Below are positions 38,551 through 50,360 of a DNA stretch of 64,000 bases, one piece after another. The DNA is taken from positions 9,589,720 to 9,653,719 of the forward strand of contig MU058065.1 of the NCBI GenBank assembly GCA_013265495.1, read 5' to 3'. This DNA is from Vicugna vicugna (Eukaryota). The notes beneath the pieces were generated by a model. It did no database searches and was not told the origin of the DNA. It saw only the letters and a list, made by a program, of their open reading frames with translations. Within the stretch, counting starts at the first letter, position 1. The number at the start of each line of letters is the position of its first letter. The translations under genes were made by a program, and so were the position numbers.

Positions 38551-39270
38551 AAGCTGAAGAAAGGCAAAAGAGTCAAGGGTATATAGAAGGGAAAAAGTAT
38601 AAAGATTGGTCATGGAATTTAAGCTTGTCAAGTAGGGGGGTGATAACATTAAGGGGTGAAGGATAGTGGAATGCCTAGTGAATTTGAAAGATGACTGGGG
38701 ATGAGATAGTAGAGGGAGTGAGCTGGAAAGATTAGAGGTGGTGGTCAGAGGGTGGAACACATGAATTTAACATTAAGAATGGTTGCATTTATGGCTAATG
38801 ACATGATCTAGGGCTATGACCATGGGATTAGAAGTTGTGGTAGAATGACTAACATAATCAATGGAGAAGAGAAAAGTCCAAGGAATTGAGAGGCCCAACT
38901 ATAAGCATGATTATCTATCTGTATGTCCAGAGCTCAGGAATTAAGGCAGTAGTAGCACTGGAGAATACCACTATGAGTCAAGAGCTAGAATCCAGAGAAA
39001 TGATGGAATGGCAGCGTCATCAACTAACGTGATACATGATGACGTGAGGTTCAAGTTGGCATTTTTAGTGTAGAGTGAGGGAGAAGTGTCCAAAATCAGT
39101 GAGGAGTAAGGATGCCACCTACTCATTTCCAGGCTCAAAGATCTGAAGGCTACAAAAGGAAAAGCAGTCTCCAACTGGGAGGCTGATAGGGCATTCTCAG
39201 GGGGAAGCCAGATTTTGATGAGAGCAAAAAGGTGAAGGGAGTATTAAAAGAACTGTTTGTGAAATAGAGG

Positions 39271-39800
39271 TGTGGCAGCCAGCCACCAAGATAACACCTA
39301 ATGATCCTCACTTCCCGGTATTTAAGCCTTTTTTGAGTCCCCTCCCTTATTGAATCAGCTGACCTGTGTGACCTGTGTGACCTGTGTGACCAATGGAATA
39401 CTGCAGAAGTGATGACACGTAATTTCCCAGGCAAGGTCATAAAGGCACTGCAGCTTCTGCTTTGCTCTTACATGACTGATTCTTAGTGAATCCAGCCACC
39501 AGGCCATGAGGACACTCAAGCAGCCCTGTGGATAGGTCCTTGGGGAGGGGAAGAGAGACTTCTCCCCAACAACCACCACCAGCTTGCCAGCATGTGAGTA
39601 AACTACATTGGGAGCAGGTCCCTACTTCTCAAACTTTCAGATGTCCGCAGCCTCCAGAGAGGCTTCAAGCTAAAAATGTCTAAACAAACCATTATCTGAT
39701 TTCCAATCTCTAAAAATTATGCTATATAATAAATTATTATTTTAAGTCACTAGTTTTTGGAGTTATTTGCTATGCAGCAAATCTATGCATAACTAATACA
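39271..39800 (+). mobile_element. MaLR solo LTR (MLT1E/F-like)
   Basis: TGTGGCAGCCAGCCACCAAGAT start; GCCATGAGGACACTCAAGCAGCCCTGTGGA; ends TTTTAAGTCACTAG...CATAACTAATACA. Confidence 0.8.
39360..39392. repeat. 9-bp tandem repeat (TGACCTGTG)x3.7
   Basis: TGACCT GTG TGACCT GTG TGACCT GTG TGACCA. Confidence 0.95.
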
Positions 39801-40189
39801 AGGGTGTTTTGCAAATAATAGTCATGAATTTCAAAAAGCACAGTCAATGGGTTTTAGGACTAGTGGAAGGGAGAGAGAAGATGAAAGAATAGGATTTGTG
39901 AAAAGCTTTAAAAGGATTAGAGTGTGGGAGATGAGAGTCAGTCTGGGAGGTTTTGTGGTGGCTGACATAAATGAGAATAAGTGAAAACAGGAGACAATTA
40001 TCAAGACAGATAACAGCGGTGAGAACACGTGTTTGGTGGTGAAGAGGAAGGAGTTTCTGGAGATCTGTCTTCACCTTTGATAACGGAGATGGAAGGACTC
40101 AGGGAGGTTCGTCTTGGTCTCAGGGACAGTTTGCTCTTAACCACCTGTCTTACATGTGTGCTCTGTGTGGATCCCTGTTAGTTGCATAT

Positions 40190-40370
40190 GTTGTGTATTT
40201 CTCATTTGAACCTTTGATTTTCATATTATTATCCTCATTTCACAAATGAGAACATTGAGACCTAATGAGGTTAAGTAACTGGCCTGAGGCCACATAGCCA
40301 GTAAGGCAGAGTCAGGTTCTGAATTTGGGGTTTTCTGATTTAAGATCCTGCCCTCGTTCCGCATTTCACC
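40190..40370 (-). mobile_element. MIR SINE
   Basis: ATTATTATCCTCATTTCACAAATGAGAACATTGAGACCTAATGAGGTTAAGTAACTGGCCTGAGGCCACATAGCCAGTAAGGCAGAG. Confidence 0.85.
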
Positions 40371-40980
40371 TGGAGATAGAAACGTTTTAAAACCAACGTA
40401 CTTTAATTTTCAAAGGATAGGATGGAAGTTAGTCATCTTGGACATAGATTTGTTAAGTGTAATTATAAATGCTCTTTTAAAAAGCCCACATGATACATGT
40501 GAATAATTACATAGAAAAGAATCCAACATGAGAGCCATCGACTCAGAGTAATATCAAGTACCTGGAAGATGCCAGCAAATGGAAGAAAAGAAATAAGAAC
40601 AAGTACAAATGGATGCTAAATTCGTTTTACTGTCCTCCCCATTTAGAATGTAAATTCTATGAGGTCAGAACTTTGCCTTGTGTCTGGTACTCAACGAATA
40701 TTAGTGTGTGTTGAAAGAATGAGGACAAGGGGCTCAGCTAAAGGAAAACTATTCGGATGAAAACATCCTACGTAACATGTTCAAGCATGTTCAGGATAAG
40801 AGAGGGGTCAAGACAAGTTGAAGGCAGACTTAAGAGGTTGAAGAAATTCGTCTTCAGGACTTGTTCCTTGTCTACACTGCTCTGCTAATCCAGCCTCCAG
40901 GGCAGGTTCATATTCAGAGACATTTCATCATATCATTCTTGTTCTGTTCTCCTTTAAGTCCCTTAGAAACATTGAGAAAC

Positions 40981-41180
40981 CAATAGTTCTTACCTGGCAA
41001 CACATTAGCATATTTGGGAAGTTAACAACAAAATAAAAAATGCAACAGAAAAGTATCTGGGTTCCCCTCCCCAACACAGTCTAATTTAATTGGCTTAGGG
41101 GTGAGACTCAGACACTGACAGTGTTTTAAAAAAGTCCCTTAGGTGATTTTACTGTGTAGCTAGGATTGAGACTCAACTAA
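40981..41180. mobile_element. MER5-like hAT MITE
   Basis: CAATAGTTCTTACCTGGCAACACATTAG...CTAATTTAATTGG...AGGTGATTTTACTGTGTAGCTAGGATTGAGA. Confidence 0.6.
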
Positions 41181-42529
41181 TAACTTTAAAGTATTGTCCT
41201 TCTCAGGGAAATTTGAACATTGAGAGGTCTAAACTTGATAGGATAGTTATGCAGTTCTGACTAGCACTATTTCAGATGTCAGTGGGTGGGGAAGTTCCCA
41301 GAAATCACAACAACCTAGACGTAGCGTGGCACTCGAAGAGGAGGTACTCGAGAAATGTTTGCTGAAGGGATGGGTGAATTCATACCACGTAGATGCCCCT
41401 TGCTCTTGCATAAAGGCTTCTCTCTCTACCTGGAGAAGCAGAGCTATGGAGACAATTGAACAGTCTGAGAAACAAAAATTCTGTATCAGTTGTGGGAGGA
41501 CGCGTGGGTCGGAGGATGGCTGTGAATCCATGTGTAGACAAAACATCAATATGTCTTGCTTGTATATTCTACTTTCTTTTTCCCCAAAAGTGTATTCAGA
41601 ATATCATGGTGAACAAAACAAAGTTTTCTTTTTAAACATACTCTTGAATTCACTGAAGCTTTTTTTATTCTGTATTTTCTTGTTCAGCAGATAACAAAAT
41701 TACAATTATTGTCGTGGGTAGTCTGGTCTTTTTTTTTTTACCATTGAAAAGAAATGTTTACATTTGAAAAGAATGATACACTCTCATCTAGTCTGGAGGA
41801 AAGAGGTTTTGTAGAATGAAGGACATGCATGAAAGTGAGAGGAATTAGTGGAGAGCTATTCAGCATATACTCAATATATTCCTTTTTGCACTAGAAGCTG
41901 GAGTTACATGAGCCCTGAGCACACGAGTTTAATGTAAAACAAAGCATCCTCATCCTGCCCTTCTCCAAAGGTGATCCAACATCATTGTTAACTTAAATAA
42001 ACGTAAAGAGACTTGTCTGGAGTTTCTGGGTTAGATAATTTATCCATGGTAAATTTAGCATAACCACAGCTCAGATTACTGTAAAAAGTGACACTATCTC
42101 CCTCTGTCATGACAATTAGCAGGCAAAAGAGTCACCCATTTCTTTATCAGCTCCAAAGAAAGGGTAAATGAGAAAGCAGCATTCTTGCCCAAAATGAATG
42201 AATGTAATGGCTAAATGCTTATTTTTGTGTGATTCACTGCTTCAAGTTGACTTCTGAATCAAATATACACAGGTCACTTGTACATTCTCCATCAAATCAT
42301 TAATAAGTGAAATGACAATGGCTAGCCACTGTCTCCAACATTTATAATACATGAAAAGCATTTGGGAGATGTAAAGACCAGGCAATTGTGAAGCACCTAT
42401 AAAGATGCGAGGCTGAAATCACTCATAGTGACATTCAGCTGCTCAGTTATACCAGAATATGGTTAGTGTCCTTTCATTTGTGGCTTTAATTCTGATGTAG
42501 GCTCAAGACAGGAAAAGGCCACCATCATA

Positions 42530-42790
42530 TCACAGTGGAATGATATTTGACTTGAAGTCATATGTCCTGCTTCTGAGTCACTGCTCTGACAATGAAAACT
42601 TATTGATCCTGAGCAAGTCATGTAATCTCCCAGAGTCTTAATTTCCCCATCTGTAAACAGGAAATAACAAGAATTTCTGCCCTACTATTTTAGTGTGTGG
42701 TTCAATCGACATACTGAGTACTATAAAAGTATTTCATAAAATAAAAAACATTGTGCAGATATTTGCTATTACTATTGCATTAATCATCAT
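42530..42790 (+). mobile_element. MIR SINE
   Basis: TGATCCTGAGCAAGTCATGTAATCTCCCAGAGTCTTAATTTCCCCATCTGTAAACAGGAAATAAC. Confidence 0.75.
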
Positions 42791-43077
42791 TCAATTCGAA
42801 ATAGTGAAGCCAGATCATGGCTTCATGGTCTCCAAGCTCCCATATCCTCATCAGCAGTAAATATTTACTGTAGTTATACAATATAATAGTAGTTGTGTGA
42901 TGTAGCTTAAAGATATTGTAAATATATCTCTATATACATCCATAAGTAGTGGAATAAGGAAAGTAGTGGAAAGGAAAATTGTCAAAACCTATCTGGGAAG
43001 AGTCAAGTCTACTAGTAATATGAAAATACTGACTTTTTGATAAGGTTGATAATAAAGGGTTTTAAAAAGTATGGAAA

Positions 43078-43460
43078 GAGGCAGGAGGATTAGGGGAGGG
43101 AGAACTGGATGAAGGTGGTCAAAAGGTACAAACTTCCAGTTATAAGATAAATAAGTACTAGGGATATAATGTACAACATGATTAATATAATGAACACTGC
43201 TGTATGTTTTATATAAAAGTTGTTATGAGAGTAAATCCTAAGAGCACTCATCATTAAGAAAAATATTTTTTTCTTTTTTTAAAATTGTGTACCTATATGA
43301 GATGATGGATGGTCACTAAACTTACTGTGGTAATTTTTATGAGGTATGTAAGTCAAATCATTACTCTGTACACCTTAAACTTATATGATGCTCTATGTCA
43401 ATTATACCTCAATAAAACTAGAAGAAAAAACAAAATAATTTAAATAATGTAAAAAAAAAG
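43078..43460 (+). mobile_element. L1 3'UTR with A-tail
   Basis: GGTCAAAAGGTACAAACTTCCAGTTATAAGATAAATAAGTACTAGGGATATAATGTACAACATG...CAATTATACCTCAATAAAACTAG. Confidence 0.85.
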
Positions 43461-46349
43461 TTAAGGAAACATGGAGATATTGGGAATCTTAGGAAGCTGT
43501 TCAAACAATAGGTGAAGGACCAGCACAGGCACAGTATGAGAGCCATCAGGAACTAGCCGGTATGCAAGTTGCCAACGGTGTGCATGGAAGTTCCCTTTGG
43601 TTTCTAGCAGAGCATGGCAGAGATGATCAAAAATCATCTCAGTGTCTCAGAATTGAGGCCTTGCCACCTTAGCATCTTTAATGACATCCAAAATGCTTAT
43701 AGTAGAGGCTACTGGCACCATATGTAATTTTTTTTTCAATCACATGTAATTCTTGAGGACTCACATTTCTTCTACCTGCTGTGCTCTGCTCCTTATAGGA
43801 GGTCTTTTTAGTTCCATATTTATTAATATTTACATTTTGGTTTCTGGTACTAAGATCATAACCCCGGAGAGTGCTGCCTTTACCTGATAGCTCCTGGATT
43901 GCAGTTATGAGCATGAAGTTTCATATCCTAGTCCTCAGGTCTGGCCTTCCAGACCCACAGAAGTTTCCACCAGTGGCCACTACCACATGCTGTGTGTACC
44001 TGGGGAGACCATACAGAGATGTTTATAGTAAGTCAATAATAAATCAGTCTCAGTTTCAGGACAACCAAAGCAAGAAGGAAACTTCATGTGTTATATCACA
44101 CTCATCTGGCTTTAGAGCATTGCATGGTCTCTGTATACCCCAAACTTGTTTATCTCTGAATTCCTTTTCATCTCTAACCACCTCCCCTAGCTCCCTAATC
44201 TACCTTGTCTGGAACTGTTTATTTGACTAGGTCCTCATTTTGCCTTTTCTTGATTCCACTATCGACTCCAATCTTTTACCCAGTACAATGGTTTCCTGAT
44301 GAAGGATCCTGGAAAGTAAATGGCTGAATAGGTAAAACTTGGAGGAAGCTCAGTTTTGTCTTTGTTTTTCAAGGCAAAACATGGCACATGAAAAGAAAAA
44401 ATACAATCATAATTTTTTCCACCTCTGCTAAGTAGAATGAAAAGAGACAGGCTTACCTCATCAAAAACATTTTTTTTTCCAGTAAAGAAACATATGGCCT
44501 GACCATACTTCTCCATATCCTAGAATTTGTAGAGGATTCTAAATTATAGTGAAAGACTGAAGGAGATGGTTGAGGGAAGAATTAAAAGCTGGCTGGACAG
44601 AAGGAATTTAGGGAGGTGCGGTGATTATGACAATAGTGAAACCCCAGGAAACTCAGAGTGGGTATGTACTCCCTTGGCTCATTCTTTTGGAAATGATGGG
44701 CCATCATATAGCTTTTCTAGAAGTCCCTAACGGAGAGGTCATTCAGCAGACATCCTCATAATGATTCAGAAGTCCTTCAACCTCCAGAGGAACAAAGTTT
44801 TACTGTGAACAGAGTGTATTATGCAGACGTATCCTGCAGAGGAACTGCTGGACAGATTGGTGTCCATATGAATACCTTTGGCAGGAGATACTGAAAGTTC
44901 TGGATTTGTGAAGTTAAAATCTGGTAACAAATGAGCTTAATGCATCAGAAAGGCAAAGTCAAAGTTCGGCTGCATGTGTATGGGATGTGTCCTAGTAACA
45001 CAGGATATTACTATTGACTGAGGATACAGCCAAAGGGCAGCTGAGTCAGATTCTAGTGCCTCTGATCAGGGCAAAGTTAGGGTTAACTAGAGCAAAATTC
45101 TCTGGTGAGTAAAATGAAACAAAAGATTCATGGTATCCATTTAAAAAGTGATTTCTCTCTCAGTCTCTCTACTCTCTTGGATTTATTTGCATTTGCATAA
45201 TTCCTTAATCCCAGAATGAATTTATCTTTTATAGTATATTTTTAATATGCAACATTAATTTTCAGAATTTAGATCTGTGGCCTATTAAAAGATGCTTTTT
45301 TCCCAAACAGATGATGCAGAGCAGTATAATAAACTTCATTATGTAGGAGTTTACTTAGGATGGAATGAGTCATTCATGTCAGTGAAACAGAATTTTTGCT
45401 GCCCCTTTAGTCCCTAACTTCACTAAAATTTAAAAAAAAAAGAGCAGAATCTGTGCTAATATTTATTCAGTCATTTACTATTCTGTAATGAACACTGACA
45501 GCTTTTAAAGGAACTGGGTACAGCAGCACACACATTTCTGTTTGTTTCGTCATGGGTTTGGGATTTCTGTGCAGAATTTTCATGGTTCTCTGGTTTTTAA
45601 ATAGATTAGTGTGACACTGTAGAACATTTCTTGTTAGTGGGGAAATATTAGCAGCAATAAATGTCTAGCAAATATAGAGATATATCTCCCAAATAGAGTA
45701 TTCTTAAAGCTCTGGAGACTAAAGGACTGTATTCTGTTTGATCCTACTGACATCATTAGTTTCCGTGCATCTTTCCCTTTTGCCTACTCTCACTCCTCAC
45801 ACCCCTCACTAACCCTGACATCTCACATGTACCAAAACCTGAACAGATCTAGGTCTTTTTCCTTCTGCCAAATTCAAAAGAAACCCAAATAAATTATAAA
45901 ATTCCTGTATGCTTTGACTTAAGTATTTTGAAGAGACAGCAATCTGGAATTACACTGTATGGCGCATGACAAACATTCCCATTATTCACAGGGCTCGAGC
46001 ACTCCCTTCCCCTCCCAACTCCCGGGACTCTCTCCTAGATCATCAGTCAGAACCCCACCTCCTAGGTTTGCCAGCTCCTCCGTCCTCCCCCTGCTGCCTC
46101 CTTCAGTCTCCCAGATCCATTCCACTCTGCAGCTCTCTGTCCTCTTGGTTTTTTCTCTTCATCAAGTGCCGGGTATCAGCATAAAGAAGACCCTTGAAGT
46201 GAGCAGCAACCGAACCGTCTCCTGGAACTGGCAGAGGAAGAAAGATGGTGGACACATTCATTCTTTTAGCTCTGTCAAATAGACTCAGACTCATTCCAGT
46301 AAGTATTCCGAACTCAGAACCTCCACAGGAAATACTGGTTGTTACCAAC

Positions 46350-47400
46350 CTCCATTCCATTCCGATCCCCGTTTCCGCAACGCCGCCTGTTTTGTAAGCT
46401 TCGCTATATGCAGTTTCCTTGGGGAAAGGAGTGAGAAACGCTGGAGGCTGTTCAGGAGGTAGGGTCCGGATTGACTCTTCAAAGGGAGGAGGCTTAGCTT
46501 GACTCCGGGATGGGGCCTGGGCGCGGAGGACGACTGCTGAAGGCAGCCCCGGGTCGCTGGCCACACTTGGGAGGGCAGCTCCAGGCCCTGCTGGAAACGG
46601 GTGGGCCGACGGCGCAGGCGGCCGGCGCCATTTTGCCGCAGCCCGCGCCCGCCCGCGTGGCCGTGGGGTGGGCGCCGTCGTCGCCCTCCTCCCCGCCGTC
46701 CAGGCGGAGGGTCCAGTAGGCCGGGAGGCCTCACGCCGCCGAGCCCTGACTCTTAGTTCTGGGGAGCGCCCGGCCGACGTGAGCGCTGGAGAGGAGAACG
46801 ACTTCCCCTGCAGTGAGTACGCAGCCGCGGGAGCCGTCCTCGCGGCCCGAAGCAGCGGCTTCCCGGGGCCCTCGCGGTCGCTTCCGCACGTGCCGAGACG
46901 GCTTCTGGGGTCTACTCCCTGAACACCCCGGAGAGCCCCCTCCCCGCTTTTGGACTCCTGGGTCCGACTTCCCGCGTGGTGCGCCCTCCCTTCTCCCCGC
47001 CCCGGTTCTGAGGTGTCCCGGTTCCGAGGTGTGGGTGCCGTCGCCGTGCCGCGGGGGAGACGGCCGGGAGGTCCCTCCGGCCGGATGCTGGTGGGTGCTT
47101 CCCGCCGGGGCGTTCCTGGCGGCCTCGAGCATCGCAGACGGCCGCCCGCGGCTTGGTCTGGGCGGGAGAAGCCAGCGCGGGGCGGGCCGGGGCCGGCCGG
47201 GGCCGGCGCCTCCCGGGCTCCCGCGCGGCGAGCGGCCGCGTCTCTGTGGGAACCGGGGCGTGGCGTCTAGGAACGCGAAAGCCTGGGCGTTGAAGGCGGG
47301 AGCAGCCCAACCCAGTGCTTGGTCGACGGCCGCCGACCCTTAAGCATTCCTGAGGAGAGCTGGGAGGGGAAAAGGCCACGAGGAGCTCTTTTCCCGTCAT
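46350..47400. promoter_or_regulatory. CpG-island promoter, probably bidirectional
   Basis: Abrupt high GC and CpG density in an otherwise CpG-depleted window; YY1 motif CGCCATTTTG at 46626-46635; several GC boxes; NRF1-like GCGCAGGCG at ~46612. Confidence 0.9.
46640..46812 (+). other. Candidate first exon (apparently non-coding) of an unidentified + strand gene
   Basis: 5' splice site GCA|GTGAGT at 46813 inside the island, with the GC-rich tail extending ~550 bp downstream as is typical of intron 1. No ATG in the exon. The start coordinate is a guess. Confidence 0.5.
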
Positions 47401-50360
47401 GTCCCTTCTACTTTCCTTTCAAAATGAAAGTGGACATTCTATACCACCTTATTTTTCTGATTCCTTGGTGTTTTTTTTCTTTATATCGCAACTTCCAGTG
47501 CTTTTCTTCCTATGACCTTTCATGTAAAAACTGCCCACCCCTTTACAGGTTTTTCCGGTAAAAAACAAAAATAAAAAAGGGAATCTTCTCTCTTAGTCTT
47601 ACATAACTAAACAAATTTCACGGCTCAGTAGTTTTTTGACATAGTTTATACTATTCTCTTAACTCAAAATGCTACCTGAAAATTACAGGCCCTGCCCCAT
47701 TTTTCTTCTCAACCCATCTTCCAGAAAAGAGGGCGCAAAGTTCATTACTTTGGGTTGATAAATATAAACATCACAAAGATAAGTTATCCTCAGCTTAAAC
47801 GTGTTAGAATGTTTAGCAATGATTGAGATAACATTAACGAAGTTACCCTGGTAGTGGAAATTGGTGGAAGTGAGTGTAAAACCCTGAAAAGAAAACAGTC
47901 CCCAGGCAGCATGTGTTGGTATTCTAGTCACTAGGGGGAAATTTTTTACAAAAAAAGACAAAAAGACAATAGGGCATTAAATATACATGTTTATTTTGAG
48001 AAAGCATAGACAGAGGGGAGAGAGCAGAACAAAGCTGGAGAGGGTGTCACGGTTGAGGTCAGAAGTCAGCAGAACATGAAAGTGCAAAAGAAAAGACCAT
48101 GAAGATATCCAAGGGGGAAAGGGTGGGCAGTGGAACCAAACGCATAGGAAGAAGATGTTAAAGTTTCATAACATTATCGTTTTATTCCTTTTAAGGAACT
48201 TATCCTATATTGTTTTTATAGTCGTTTTTGTGAACATGACATCTCTTTTCTTTTGATCTCCTTGAGGCTGGGATTCAGGTTTGTTTTACCCATGTTGTGG
48301 GAAAGATGGTACACCATGGGCACTCTCAGGTATCCAGCACACATCCAGAAGGGCACTGGTTAGTCTTGAATATTTGTGAGGAGATGAAGGAGCCTAAGTG
48401 CTGAATCAGGGTCTTGGAAATTGAGATGACAAATCTAACTCCAGTTTTTTGGATACTTTGATACTTTGTTTATTTAAGAATTCATTTAAATATAATTAAG
48501 TGTGATAATCTCGACTACTACTTTATCTCTTATGTTACCAGATGTATATCTCACCAATATATACCATAAGTAAAATAAACACATTTAAATTACAACAGGA
48601 AGCCATGTTCATTGTTGAAACAAGTGTTTAACAACTATAATTCCTTTCAGACATTGACAGCTATAGCTATAGGTATATATTTATATATTTTGGTACCATG
48701 TAGTTATTCAATAAGTTGCTATTTTATTTACTAATATAACGTGTATCTTTCCACATTATTAGATTTCAATGAGATGTCAGCAAGTATAGTTTGAGAGCAA
48801 ATTATGTTGGAATAAATCCATACTGTGAATCATTTATTCTGTGACTTGGAAATCAGATGTTTGGAACAAATGGTATCATTAGTCAGGAAAAGATGAAATT
48901 CCTCCTAGGAACTTGAATAGTCGTGAAATATCAGCTCTTCATTGTAGAGCCCAGTACAAGAAGAGCCATTTGGAAGGCAGGACAAGGGTATGGCTTATTT
49001 TAAAAGTATTTTTGCTATAATCTACAAAGGAATTTAGTAGTGATTAGTGAATTAATATTTGTAAAACATTTCACAATATATTCAGCTTTAGAGCTATATA
49101 AAACATTATCCATAAATATAAATTTAGGGCATGGCTTTGCTTTTTATTTTTTCTACAAAGAAAAAAATTCATTCAGGATAGAAAAATATCTGATGTCTTT
49201 TCTAGTTCTTAGTTTTGAACTCATATTCTACTGAAAAACAGACATTCTAGAAAATGATTTAATGTCAGAATTACAATACCTGATTTATTATTCACAGCAT
49301 AATTTTTTATTAAATACATTTTCAATCCCATTATCATTTTCTAAACTACTTAGCTCCAATCAAAATGAAAATGCCCATTTCTTCATCCTTATTCATGCCT
49401 TTCACATTCTAGTGCCCTAGAAGGAGGTTTTCTGCATTCATAAATGAAAAATTCTTGGGGTTGCTCATTATATCTGAAAGATAGAAAGTTGTAGTGGAAA
49501 TGAATGATGAAAAAGCTCTACAGCAGTAACTGTTTGCTTCATTGTGTTTGGTGCCCCGAAACAGTATCTGTTGTTTTTGTCATCACCAAAACCATTTGGT
49601 TCCCTTGCCAGTGTCATTTATTCTCCCTACCTTTTCCTGGGGGTCTACATGGCTTAGTCATCTGAGACTTGAGAACATACTTTTTTGCCTTATACATCAT
49701 AATTGGGGAAAGTTTTTCTCCAAAAGTAGCACTAGGCTGAAGATAAAGTCCTTTAAAGGGATAGTAAGAAAGCAAAAAGATGTTTTCTTTCTAATGGATG
49801 TAAATGGAAATGTAGGTTATGTAATTAGGTTATGTAATGGGCCCTGAGAAATCCTAACATATTTGTAACATGAAAATGTATTTCCTCCAAAAACGATGAT
49901 TCTTGAAACTTTATTTTCAAATGACAGAAGTCTTGGAAGGAAACATGAAAGATCTGCTACTGTTTAAAAATTCTGGGTTATTAAAAAATATATATGCATT
50001 CCCAGATAAGACATATAAATTTCAGAAGGAGTGTCTTCTAACAGATTTTGTTTAATTTTTTCACTTGGCATAACAGAGAATTTAACACCCTATTTCATAG
50101 ATGCCATCTGTTTTGGGTTGACCTTAATTTTCTGGATGATTGCTTTTCTTCAAATATTTCAAGTCATGACTAAATTTCATTTAATAAGAAATGTTTAGGT
50201 TAGTTTGTGATCAAGAAATCAGATGTGCTAAATCCAAACAAATTTTAACAAACTGATTTGTAATTGTGTTAATGCCAGGACAAGGTCCATTTTTTATTTG
50301 ACTCTTTAAAGGCCAATAACACATAGGGGCATATTTATCTTAATTCTACTTCATTCTAAC

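Larger units (their letters stand above)
35600..40050 (-). mobile_element. Long L2 LINE relic with nested LTR insertions
   Basis: Antisense L2 text (GAGAATGTAGTGTCCTGGAAGCCAAGTGAAAAAGTGTATCAAGAAGGAGGGAGTGACCAACTGTGCCAAATGCTGCTGATAGG). Minus ORF ...LSAAFGTVGHSLLLDTLFHL resembles the L2 RT motif DLSAAFDTVDH. Right boundary uncertain. Confidence 0.75.

Noticed and set aside
37928..38554. TSD for the ERV1 solo LTR
   Set aside because: The flanks ACAC and AAGC do not match well enough to claim a TSD.
46103..47400. ORFs of up to 176 aa on both strands in the CpG island
   Set aside because: Pro/Arg/Gly/Ala-rich, mostly with non-ATG starts; expected from stop-codon scarcity in GC-rich DNA; no recognisable domain.
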